A DNA stretch of 38,459 nucleotides, taken from IMG/VR virus record IMGVR_UViG_3300037963_002236, positions 1-38,459 of that record, one strand, 5' to 3'. A program made the position numbers and the translations under genes. Every line of letters starts with the position of its first letter. Within the stretch, counting starts at the first letter, position 1. Of this stretch, positions 28,744-36,476 are shown one piece after another. The notes beneath the pieces were generated by a model. It ran no database searches and had not been told where the DNA came from. It saw nothing but the letters and a program-made list of their open reading frames with translations. Source of the DNA: a virus. Its lineage: Duplodnaviria; Caudoviricetes.

Positions 28744-29846
28744 GTAAGTTACCAAATCTGTATGCTAAAAAGAGAGGCGGCTATGTTTCGTATTACTATC
28801 GTTATAAAAAGCATGGCCGCACTCAGCCTATGATACCGCTAGGAAATTCCAGGAAAAATACAATGACCCAGATTAAAGCCAGGTATGTTGAAGCCCAGAC
28901 CAAAGTATGGAATATGATGCATGGAATTGTGACAGAAGCCCCAATTTCTCAAGTAGAAAAGCAAGTTTTGTTTCGTGAAATATATCCCAGATTTATAGCT
29001 GAAGTAGCGCCGCATCATGGTAAGACATTCTTAAGAGATACATACAATATGAAAGCTTTTATAGAGTTCTTTGGTGATGTTAATCACTGGACCAGTAACC
29101 CTAAGACTGGTGGAAAAGTGTCCAGGGATTGTAAAATAGATTTAGCTAAGATAACTACAGCTGACATAAATAATTTTTATGCTAGTGACATCAGTGGTAA
29201 GTCTACATCTACTAAGAAATCCAGGAACATATACCTAAAGCCATTGTGGGAATGGTTAGTAGTCAATGAATTAGTTGAAAAGGATGTATACGCGCTTAAG
29301 CATAAATTAGGTAAGCAAGGTAAGAAGTCTAAGCCTCACCAAGTTATCAAGCGTGAAGATATCTTAAAGATTATAGACTTGACTAACTCTCATAAGCATA
29401 AAGTATTCTGGACCATAATGGCCTACACTGGCTTGGCACCAGTCGATGCTGGTAGCCTGACCAAAGATGATATAGTTCTAAATGGCACCTTCGAATGCAT
29501 TATAAAGTCCAGGAATAAAACTGACATTACAGCACAGATTCCAATTGTAGGTAAACTCAAAAAGATAAGGAACTTCATTACAAATCTTAACATGTCTAAA
29601 AGTGAGCGTGATGCCGCAAATGCTGAGTTTGTAACCTTAGCTAACCAAATAGGAATAAAACAGCGTGAAGGGCATATTTTAGCCCAGTATTGCTTACGTC
29701 ATAGCCTTGCTACATTCTTAAGAACATATCTTACTGACAATGAGATACAAATGTACATGGGACATACAAACACTAAACAACAACAAACATACATTAGCCT
29801 GGAAGCATCTAAGCTTCATGATAAAATGGCTGATGCACTAAAATAG
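28740..29846 (+). CDS. int: Tyrosine recombinase/integrase
   Basis: Lambda-Int-like N-terminal arm-binding segment (LPNLY..YYYRY..LG); YTGLAPVD, RNKT, YCLRHS and MGHTN..TY catalytic boxes. Confidence 0.88.
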   Translation: MSKLPNLYAKKRGGYVSYYYRYKKHGRTQPMIPLGNSRKNTMTQIKARYVEAQTKVWNMMHGIVTEAPISQVEKQVLFREIYPRFIAEVAPHHGKTFLRDTYNMKAFIEFFGDVNHWTSNPKTGGKVSRDCKIDLAKITTADINNFYASDISGKSTSTKKSRNIYLKPLWEWLVVNELVEKDVYALKHKLGKQGKKSKPHQVIKREDILKIIDLTNSHKHKVFWTIMAYTGLAPVDAGSLTKDDIVLNGTFECIIKSRNKTDITAQIPIVGKLKKIRNFITNLNMSKSERDAANAEFVTLANQIGIKQREGHILAQYCLRHSLATFLRTYLTDNEIQMYMGHTNTKQQQTYISLEASKLHDKMADALK

Positions 29847-29858
29847 GAGAAGTAAACA

Positions 29859-30089
29859 ATGACAGTAATAAAAAAGGAATCCAGTAAAACAGTTAGAATT
29901 TATGGACCATCCATAGATGCTAAATGGAATGCTTTTGTCACTCATGCCAGGATGCAATATAAACAACCAGGGCATTTACTTGGCGAGATATTCAATAAGT
30001 ACTTTACTGATAACTTAGAACAAATAACAGCTGACTGCACAAGGGAATTAGAAGAAGCAGATTTAGCATACAAAAGAAACGAGGATTAA
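29859..30089 (+). CDS. Small protein, possible ribbon-helix-helix DNA-binding regulator
   Basis: 76 aa; KTVRIY strand followed by two amphipathic helices; AGGAG SD. Confidence 0.5.
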   Translation: MTVIKKESSKTVRIYGPSIDAKWNAFVTHARMQYKQPGHLLGEIFNKYFTDNLEQITADCTRELEEADLAYKRNED

Positions 30090-30090
30090 A

Positions 30091-30339
30091 ATGAACATAG
30101 GAACAGCGAATAAAAAATTACCAGATGTTGTAAAGTGTAACGCTTGTGGATGTATGGAAGAAAGACTACCATTCAACGCGCAGATACCTACCAACAGACC
30201 ATTTAGAGTAGATTACAAAAGAGAAGTTAAATGGGCTGATATGCCAAGTAATTACAATGGTCCATACAGACTAGGAATGTGTAGAGCATGTGTCATTGCC
30301 TTTGGTGGTGGTGATGGTTACATTAAAATAGAATATTAG
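30091..30339 (+). CDS. Putative Zn-binding protein
   Basis: 82 aa; CNAC...CRAC. Confidence 0.65.
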   Translation: MNIGTANKKLPDVVKCNACGCMEERLPFNAQIPTNRPFRVDYKREVKWADMPSNYNGPYRLGMCRACVIAFGGGDGYIKIEY

Positions 30340-30348
30340 GAGAGAAAA

Positions 30349-30618
30349 ATGAAGAAAGCACTTAACATAGAAAAATATGCAAATGGTCAATTTTACATAA
30401 ATAGTACTCCAGCAATAATACAGAAGTCTCATCCATGGATATTGACCTATTTATTTTTAAAATATCCTGATATGAAAGAATTAGCATTTAACTCTATTCG
30501 CTTAGGTAGAACACCAGCATTTGAAAAAACGCTAAAAGAAGCTAAAGTTGAATTAAAAAATAAAAACTTGACTATTGAGGATTTAAAAAAGTCACCAATA
30601 AACATAATAGAATATTAG
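30349..30618 (+). CDS. Hypothetical protein
   Basis: 89 aa; AGGAG SD. Confidence 0.7.
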   Translation: MKKALNIEKYANGQFYINSTPAIIQKSHPWILTYLFLKYPDMKELAFNSIRLGRTPAFEKTLKEAKVELKNKNLTIEDLKKSPINIIEY

Positions 30619-30641
30619 ATAGCCCCTAATTCATAAGGGAG

Positions 30642-30669
30642 AAAAAGGCCCCAGCAATGGGGCTTTTTT
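30642..30669 (+). terminator. Intrinsic (probably bidirectional) terminator of the early operon
   Basis: AAAAAG-GCCCCA-gcaa-TGGGGC-TTTTTT. Confidence 0.85.
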
Positions 30670-30682
30670 ATTATATTAAGAT

Positions 30683-30826
30683 ATGGATTGTAGCATTTGC
30701 AAGAAAGAAATCCCTGATTATGACCACAACGCTCAACCAGTTAACGATGGTAGATGTTGTACAAAATGCAATGTGGAAGTTGTTATACCAGCTAGGTTAA
30801 AACTATCGCATTCTAATCATCCATAG
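30683..30826 (+). CDS. Small Zn-finger protein (47 aa, not in ORF track)
   Basis: MDCSICKK..HNAQPVNDGRCCTKCNVEVVIPARL; no SD, TATATT 5 nt before the ATG (possibly leaderless). Confidence 0.7.
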   Translation: MDCSICKKEIPDYDHNAQPVNDGRCCTKCNVEVVIPARLKLSHSNHP

Positions 30827-30953
30827 TATATCTTCTTATTAACTCCTGGCGGCGCTGAATTCTATTATAAAACTGCCTATCTTCATATGCCGTTGCAATC
30901 CAGTATATAAAGCCCATTCCTAAAACTATTAAAATCAATATCGTTCCTATCAT
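30813..30953 (-). CDS. Small single-TM protein (46 aa, not in ORF track)
   Basis: MIGTILILIVLGMGFIYWIATAYEDRQF...; ATGA-coupled to the upstream gene. Confidence 0.6.
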   Translation of the reverse strand: MIGTILILIVLGMGFIYWIATAYEDRQFYNRIQRRQELIRRYTMDD

Positions 30954-31327
30954 GATTCATCCTCTTTAAATGTGTAATGAATACTTTGTTCAACATCACT
31001 GGTATATTGCTTGTCACGCTTTTCTTCAATACAAGCATAAGTAAGTTCCAGGTATTGTATGAGGTCCATTATTCTCCCATCTATCTTTTCACTGCTATAC
31101 GTTTTACCAGTCTTGATGTAGTTAATAATACTGGACCAATGTTTCTTCATGAATATGCCCAGTACTTGCAATGGGTCTAAGTTAAGGTCCTTTCCAGTAG
31201 CTTTAAAGTTTTCTAAAACATCATGGTCACCCCTGGATTCAGTATACTCTACCCTTTTCATTTTCGCTTGTGCATCACCTCGGTCCCTAAATTTCACAAT
31301 CAACTCTTCATATGTTTTAATATCCAT
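30950..31327 (-). CDS. All-alpha nucleotide pyrophosphatase-like protein (DUF1599/Nmad1-like)
   Basis: K..EY..D...NF..KH..E.IDGRI.D.I.YL motif. Confidence 0.55.
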   Translation of the reverse strand: MDIKTYEELIVKFRDRGDAQAKMKRVEYTESRGDHDVLENFKATGKDLNLDPLQVLGIFMKKHWSSIINYIKTGKTYSSEKIDGRIMDLIQYLELTYACIEEKRDKQYTSDVEQSIHYTFKEDES

Positions 31328-31475
31328 TCTTTTCCCTCATGATTTTATTGTATTGATTTTGTAGTTGTATGTATCTGCCATATCCAGCGCTTCCCTTTTC
31401 AAGTACACCCTTACGATGTAATTTTTTATAGAAGTTCACCATTTGTCTTAGAGTCATGTAATTTATTAGTTGCAT
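31317..31475 (-). CDS. Small hypothetical protein (52 aa, not in ORF track)
   Basis: AAGGA SD; MQLINYMTLRQMVNFYKKL...; fills the operon gap. Confidence 0.6.
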   Translation of the reverse strand: MQLINYMTLRQMVNFYKKLHRKGVLEKGSAGYGRYIQLQNQYNKIMREKNGY

Positions 31476-31487
31476 TATTATCCTTTC

Positions 31488-31871
31488 CTAAATGAAATCC
31501 ATGTATTCATAGAACCATTTACGTTTTTTGTTTTGACAATTCTTAGCCCTTTTAAGTGCTAACATAATTGAAGCCTCACCATTGTAGGGGATGTATGCAC
31601 AAAGCTTTTCTTCTGTAAGATATACAGCCAAATAATCAATATTATCTACATTCTTAATATGCTTATGCATTTTAACTTCTACACTGCTTTTAGTTTTAAG
31701 CTTGGTAATGGTCTTTATTTGTACGCGCTTGTATGTACCATTAGAAAAAGCAATTAAATCACAATTGTTATTATCATTTGCTGGTAGCCAACATTCTATG
31801 TTTTGACTAAGTAAATCTGAAACAATTGCAAATTCGCCTTGTTTACCAATAGTGCATGTATCTAATTGCAT
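31488..31871 (-). CDS. PD-(D/E)XK endonuclease (group I intron-associated PD-(D/E)XK-like)
   Basis: IG..GE...L....P......DLI........VQIKT. Confidence 0.75.
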   Translation of the reverse strand: MQLDTCTIGKQGEFAIVSDLLSQNIECWLPANDNNNCDLIAFSNGTYKRVQIKTITKLKTKSSVEVKMHKHIKNVDNIDYLAVYLTEEKLCAYIPYNGEASIMLALKRAKNCQNKKRKWFYEYMDFI

Positions 31872-32056
31872 TTAGGGCAGTTCTTCTTTTCTAGGCCATA
31901 TTTTGGGAAATCTTCATAGCATTTTATAGCCCCTTTGAAATACTCCCAGACCAACTTGCATGATGTGCAATTATATAATGTTTTTGCATTGATATAATTC
32001 TTGTTAGTTATTCTATATTTATCAGAATAGCTTCTACTTTTTTCAATCTGATTCAT
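31862..32056 (-). CDS. Small Zn-ribbon protein
   Basis: CTSCKLVWE...CPKC; likely start ATG 32056. Confidence 0.6.
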   Translation of the reverse strand: MNQIEKSRSYSDKYRITNKNYINAKTLYNCTSCKLVWEYFKGAIKCYEDFPKYGLEKKNCPKCN

Positions 32057-32429
32057 TACCCAGTTTACCCCCCATGATTTCTTTGACATTGATACCAGCC
32101 TCAATCGCTTCACCGATTAATCTTGCAACTGGTCCAAGTGGTAACGATACAAAAGGCGGCATTCGGTCACCACGATAGACAACACCCACTTCAGTTTTCT
32201 CAGGAACCAACCAACTGGGTATCCTAGAACGTCTTTTGCAACCAAGCCACCAGCCATTAACTTCAACATCACCTTTTTCATGGTTAGCGCCCCCTCGGTC
32301 CCGATTGAAACATTCCACTGAATATGTCTTGAAGGCTTTCACCACTTCCCTCTGTAGTTCCGCTCCTCGTTGTCGATTTCTCCGACCACGCTTGACGTTC
32401 TTGGGGTTCTTTTGTTTTACTAGTTTCAT
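32043..32429 (-). CDS. Hjc-type Holliday junction resolvase-like protein
   Basis: NRQRG..LQRE..GDV..LGCKRR..W pattern; GAGG SD. Confidence 0.65.
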   Translation of the reverse strand: MKLVKQKNPKNVKRGRRNRQRGAELQREVVKAFKTYSVECFNRDRGGANHEKGDVEVNGWWLGCKRRSRIPSWLVPEKTEVGVVYRGDRMPPFVSLPLGPVARLIGEAIEAGINVKEIMGGKLGNESD

Positions 32430-33333
32430 GTATTACCTCTTTCTTCTTTGGCCTTTCTGATTTATAGTCATGTCCACATTTACATCCCTTCTTTACATCC
32501 CATTCATTATTAGCGAATTGTGTATCACCATATGACTGGCATTTAGAATTGTGGCAGTATACCAGGATGTCACCGAATGGACCCTTTTTAAATTCTACGG
32601 CATTGTTAAATTTTTTAGGCTGGTCCTTAATTCTACGTTTCCAATTTGCCGCGGCCATTCTCCAATTCTTTATCTTTGTCTTACCACTGAACCATCCAGT
32701 CATCTCATAGTAATTCCAAAATGTTTCAGCTTCTTCTATTGGAATGTCTTTTTCTAAAAAGTAATCTTTTACCATCTGCAAATCTTTAGGCTTTGCAGTA
32801 TACTTTTTTACCCTACTACCAACCCCAATATTGGATTTTTTTAAAGGTTTTGTATAAATATTAGAATTATTACTTGTATTAGTATTCTTATCTATATTAT
32901 TATTATTAATAATATTATAATTATTACTATTATTACTATTAGTACGCCCCCCAAGGAAGGAATCATACAATGAATCATCATTGATGCGAGTTTGAGTCAA
33001 GTTTGAGTCAGTGGTGTCTGCTTTCACGAGGAGAGAAACACGAGTCATTCTTGATTCAGTTTTGATTCGTATTTGATTCAAGGTAACCAGTTTTTTTAAA
33101 AATCTACTGACGGCTGATTGGGTCCAATTTATTGATTCAGCAATCTTACGCTGTGGCATGATAAATTCATTATCCTTCAGTGTTATCATATTGCCATGAA
33201 TAAACTTGGTATCCCCACCCATATCAACCGCCCATTTGTAGAATTGTATATAGGCCTGGGCTTCGCTATATGGTTTGTCATTGTTCCATATAGGGCCGTT
33301 TAAAAGGTCCATTGGTACCTTTAATATCTTCAA
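32284..33333 (-). CDS. Replication initiator (lambda O-like organisation)
   Basis: N-terminal HTH (QRKIAESINWTQSAVSRFLKKL), internal iteron and AT-rich region, C-terminal FWNYY...GW..GK.KIKNW..AA.NW domain. Confidence 0.75.
   Translation of the reverse strand: MKILKVPMDLLNGPIWNNDKPYSEAQAYIQFYKWAVDMGGDTKFIHGNMITLKDNEFIMPQRKIAESINWTQSAVSRFLKKLVTLNQIRIKTESRMTRVSLLVKADTTDSNLTQTRINDDSLYDSFLGGRTNSNNSNNYNIINNNNIDKNTNTSNNSNIYTKPLKKSNIGVGSRVKKYTAKPKDLQMVKDYFLEKDIPIEEAETFWNYYEMTGWFSGKTKIKNWRMAAANWKRRIKDQPKKFNNAVEFKKGPFGDILVYCHNSKCQSYGDTQFANNEWDVKKGCKCGHDYKSERPKKKEVIHETSKTKEPQERQAWSEKSTTRSGTTEGSGESLQDIFSGMFQSGPRGR
32850..33140. promoter_or_regulatory. Putative replication origin: phased TTGA(G/T)TCA iterons plus an AT-rich unwinding element
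   Basis: Copies at 32991, 33002, 33041, 33051, 33061, 33072 and 33132 (10-11 bp spacing within clusters) next to a very AT-rich tract at 32850-32942. Confidence 0.7.
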
Positions 33334-33761
33334 CCCTTAAACACCTCGCTTATGGGTACAATGACTAATTTAGAAGTATTATTATCGCCGCCCATTCTAA
33401 TTCTATTCTGATGTAAATATTTATTAGCGATTTGGCGTAAGCGCTCAAGCGGCACAATGATTAGTAATGGGTCCTTATGTGGTATTTGTATATTAAATAT
33501 CCACCACTTTGCCTCACTAGTTTGTATGCCACTAGGCTTACCTCGACTTTCAATCTCTATAGCAATATTGTTTGTCTTATAAGCCTGAAAATCTGTTTTA
33601 ACCTCAATCTTACCAGCTAATATATCTAATATCTCAGCTTCACCATTAATACCTCTTAAAAGGTCTATATCCCAGTTTTCCGCTGTGTACTTGCCGTATT
33701 TAAGCTGTTCTAGTATTGAATCAATCTGACTTGTATTTAAATCTAATTTTAGTTGTGGCAT
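33330..33761 (-). CDS. PD-(D/E)XK-like nuclease family protein
   Basis: DL..G..GE..KIEVKTD..NIAIE..RGKPSGI..SEA.WW; likely start ATG 33761 (MPQLKL). Confidence 0.6.
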   Translation of the reverse strand: MPQLKLDLNTSQIDSILEQLKYGKYTAENWDIDLLRGINGEAEILDILAGKIEVKTDFQAYKTNNIAIEIESRGKPSGIQTSEAKWWIFNIQIPHKDPLLIIVPLERLRQIANKYLHQNRIRMGGDNNTSKLVIVPISEVFKG

Positions 33762-33777
33762 AAGGTATGTGGTTTGG

Positions 33778-33840
33778 TAAGAGGCGAAGGGGAAGCATGG
33801 CAAACAAGAAAGAAAAACAAACCATACTTACCCCCTCTTA
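33778..33840 (-). ncRNA. Long hairpin with a 21-nt U-rich loop (candidate antisense element)
   Basis: UAAGAGG/CCUCUUA, GGG/CCC and AAGUAUGG/CCAUGCUU; the G-U pair forms only on the - strand; loop UUUGUUUUUCUUUCUUGUUUG. Confidence 0.55.
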
Positions 33841-34121
33841 TCAGCAGAAACATCGATTTTGGTAGATGTGGAAAGGACTGATGCCTCTGCCCTATTAAGC
33901 AAATTTTGAATTACGGCTGTATTATTTATTTGATATGAATCCCATATCCGCATGGACATATCTGAATCATAGCCTTCAATATTTTCTAAAAATTTTATAA
34001 CACAATGTGAATCGACATACCCTTCAACTAGCGAAGTGCAATTGTCTTGTATGTGCGCGGTCACTTTTGGAAATACATCCGCGCAGATGTTGTCAAAGAG
34101 TATGTCGAATTCGGTTATCAT
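33828..34121 (-). CDS. Hypothetical protein
   Basis: 97 aa within the replication operon. Confidence 0.65.
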   Translation of the reverse strand: MITEFDILFDNICADVFPKVTAHIQDNCTSLVEGYVDSHCVIKFLENIEGYDSDMSMRIWDSYQINNTAVIQNLLNRAEASVLSTSTKIDVSADKRG

Positions 34122-34135
34122 GACGTTAAATAACC

Positions 34136-34429
34136 TTAAAAAGGCACCTTATCATCTTTCCCTGGAAAAAGGTCATCAGACTTTTTAGCAACTTTAATAT
34201 TTAAAGTCACATTGCCATCCTTGCCCTGATTTTTCCATAAGCTAACAGAAAGTTTTCTATCGCTAGGTATCTTAGACCAGTCAATACTTTTTTTACCATC
34301 AGAACCAGTAGTTGTTACCCTTTGAATGTCTTCAGTGGTACAAACTTGTCCTTTAAAATCAGGCGCACCTGGGCTTGTTTTTTCTTCATTAGCCCATAGC
34401 TTACCTTGATGTGTATCTACATATGCCAT
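34136..34429 (-). CDS. Putative single-stranded DNA-binding protein
   Basis: G.LW.N..PDFKG..SLWKN motif and an acidic DDKVPF C-terminus. Confidence 0.65.
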   Translation of the reverse strand: MAYVDTHQGKLWANEEKTSPGAPDFKGQVCTTEDIQRVTTTGSDGKKSIDWSKIPSDRKLSVSLWKNQGKDGNVTLNIKVAKKSDDLFPGKDDKVPF

Positions 34430-34433
34430 ATGT

Positions 34434-35291
34434 TTATTTTTCTCCTTTTATGTTTAATGAAAACTTTTTTGGTAATGGTCTTTTTTTATTAGGCTGTGCT
34501 GGATTGTTAGCCTGGAATAAATCAACAAGCTTTACAACTTTGTCCATAAGCTTATTTGCATCCTCTGTAAACTCTCCAGCCTTATTACGGATAACCTTTA
34601 CCTTCATTTTGCCTGGCTTTGGTTCTCCCTTGTATCTACCTTGGCAATACAAAGAACCAACTGCACCAACCTTTACATTATAAATTTTTTCAAGCAGTAT
34701 TGCATAAGCCATACACTGAACAAAATGCTTATCACTTTCATTCCCAGTTTTTAAATCTCCAACCATAAGAATATCCTGGTTTTGTTTTTTATTATGTATC
34801 ATCATAATTAAATCAGCAGTTCCAGCATATGGCACATCAGGATGCCACATCATGATTTCAGATTTTAAAATTGTAGGCTGATGTTCCTCATGCCATAAAA
34901 TAAATTGCATAACACATTTTTTTATTTCTTCTATCATCTGCCATTTACTGCCGTTCATCTTCCATTTTATATCTTCATGGTTTTCTAAATAATCAGTAAA
35001 AAATGCATCGTCTATTGTTTCACCATCTATCATTAGTTCAACAGCGTTGTGCGCTCCAGTACCTTTTGTGGTGGCCCAACTTGTAAGAACATCAGCATAA
35101 TATCCATGTTGCTGTTTCCAGGCCGCTAAACCAGGACTAGCTTCAACACTAGCTAAATTTGTCCAAGATGGTCTAAGTGGATTCTCAAATTGGTTATATG
35201 TGGTAATATCTACTGGGCCATAGTATCTGCCGCCCTCAGTAGCATACCTTCTTGATTTTATACAATCATCCCAATTAATTGTTTGTGACAT
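34434..35291 (-). CDS. PD-(D/E)XK exonuclease (RecB/Cas4-like fold)
   Basis: PSWT, KGTGAH, YAGTADL, GDLKTG, Q..AY. Confidence 0.8.
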   Translation of the reverse strand: MSQTINWDDCIKSRRYATEGGRYYGPVDITTYNQFENPLRPSWTNLASVEASPGLAAWKQQHGYYADVLTSWATTKGTGAHNAVELMIDGETIDDAFFTDYLENHEDIKWKMNGSKWQMIEEIKKCVMQFILWHEEHQPTILKSEIMMWHPDVPYAGTADLIMMIHNKKQNQDILMVGDLKTGNESDKHFVQCMAYAILLEKIYNVKVGAVGSLYCQGRYKGEPKPGKMKVKVIRNKAGEFTEDANKLMDKVVKLVDLFQANNPAQPNKKRPLPKKFSLNIKGEK

Positions 35292-35469
35292 AAGACTCCT
35301 TCAACCACTTTTCAAATTCTTCGACCCTCACCCTAATGGTCTTTTGACCAATTTTATAGTGAGGTATTTCACCACTAGTTATTCTTTTGGCTATTAATCG
35401 ATAATCAGTATTAAGTATTTCGGATATGTCTCTTATAGTATAGAATTGTGCTGTCTGTTTTTGTCTCAT
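35275..35469 (-). CDS. Excisionase-like winged-HTH protein (Xis/Cox/Cro-equivalent)
   Basis: YTIRDISEIL...I..GEIP..KIG...RV..EE...WL; first gene divergent from the repressor. Confidence 0.8.
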   Translation of the reverse strand: MRQKQTAQFYTIRDISEILNTDYRLIAKRITSGEIPHYKIGQKTIRVRVEEFEKWLKESYVTNN

Positions 35470-35513
35470 TGATATGTGGTATGTGTTTAAATATTATCAT
35501 TATATGATGCAGT

Positions 35514-35615
35514 AACATAAAAGTATTATTATACTATTGTCAACACATATTATACGTTTTTATAACATTTTTTAATATTATTGTACTATTTATTAATATA
35601 TGTAGTATATTATAC
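35514..35615. promoter_or_regulatory. Divergent genetic-switch region: leftward promoter and candidate operators
   Basis: TTGACA-N18-TATGTT on the - strand (35543-35514); TATTATAC three times (35527, 35548, 35608); palindromes AGTAT-N4-ATACT and GTATA-T-TATAC. Confidence 0.55.
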
Positions 35616-35655
35616 CATATTTAAATGTAGGTATACTTAGGAAAGGGCTATCTAT

Positions 35656-36387
35656 ATGAGGTTTTCAGAACAATTAAAATTCGTTAGATTTAAAAAAAAG
35701 CTTACACAAAAAGAATTAGCAAGTATTTTAGAAATAAGTCCAGGTGCTATATATAAGTATGAGAATGAACTTATGAGTCCTGGCTATAAAATTATTAAAA
35801 AATTTGAGAGTTATTTAACAAGTAATAGTGCAGAATTATCAATGCCTTTACTGGATGATATTTCTGAGGACAGCGAATATGGGGAAGTAACCCCTGGAAA
35901 GGAAATAAATATGCAAGTCAGTGATTATATAAATAGTCAAAAACGAACAATACAGTTGTTAGAAAATGAAATAGTGAGGCTTGAAGATAAAATTAAGTAT
36001 TTAAAAATAAAAGGTAATCATAGCAAACCAGCGTATCATTTTAAAATGGTTAGCACATACAAAGCAGAAACCGATGAATGGCTTGACACTGATATATTTG
36101 GTGATTTTAGTATGACTGGATTTACATACGAAGAAATGGTTCCATTAATGAATGAAGAAAATGATAATAATTCCTGGATTGACCGCTACCACCCAGATTC
36201 TAAAGTAAGGCTAGATAAACATACATTAAAAAATATTAAAACTGATTATCATTATTTAAAGTGGGACCATATGATGTGGAAAGCTAAAAATGGTAAATAT
36301 GAATGTTACAACATTGATTTATTATATATAAGAGCAGAAGAAAAAGTAACAAGTATGTTTTATTGGGTAAATGGAGATAAAGAATAG
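35656..36387 (+). CDS. Phage repressor-like protein: XRE HTH + coiled coil + PAS-like domain
   Basis: LKFVR..KKLTQKELA..L.IS...IYKYE....P HTH; C-terminal F..TGFT.EE..W....HPD..W..KNG.Y; no S24 peptidase motifs seen. Confidence 0.8.
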   Translation: MRFSEQLKFVRFKKKLTQKELASILEISPGAIYKYENELMSPGYKIIKKFESYLTSNSAELSMPLLDDISEDSEYGEVTPGKEINMQVSDYINSQKRTIQLLENEIVRLEDKIKYLKIKGNHSKPAYHFKMVSTYKAETDEWLDTDIFGDFSMTGFTYEEMVPLMNEENDNNSWIDRYHPDSKVRLDKHTLKNIKTDYHYLKWDHMMWKAKNGKYECYNIDLLYIRAEEKVTSMFYWVNGDKE

Positions 36388-36391
36388 CAAG

Positions 36392-36412
36392 GGTGAGCCA
36401 AAAGTGAGCCAA
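36392..36412 (+). repeat. Direct repeat copy 1 (candidate integrase arm sites, 2x GTGAGCCAA)
   Basis: GGTGAGCCAAAAGTGAGCCAA, identical to 36618-36638; 11-bp internal period. Confidence 0.85.
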
Positions 36413-36427
36413 CTTAATTTGAGTGGT

Positions 36428-36461
36428 AAAAAAAGAGGGGTCAGAAACGACCCCTTTTTTT
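36428..36461. terminator. Bidirectional intrinsic terminator (repressor on +, reconstituted tRNA on -)
   Basis: A7-GAGGGGTC-agaaac-GACCCC-T7. Confidence 0.85.
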
Positions 36462-36476
36462 GTGTTTTGTCGTCAG

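Noticed and set aside
33762-33803. N-terminal extension of the 33330 gene from 33803
   Set aside because: It lies inside the hairpin arm; ATG 33761 is more plausible
34434-35291. CRISPR-associated Cas4
   Set aside because: No Fe-S four-Cys cluster motif, and it lies beside the SSB in a recombination operon; an ordinary phage exonuclease
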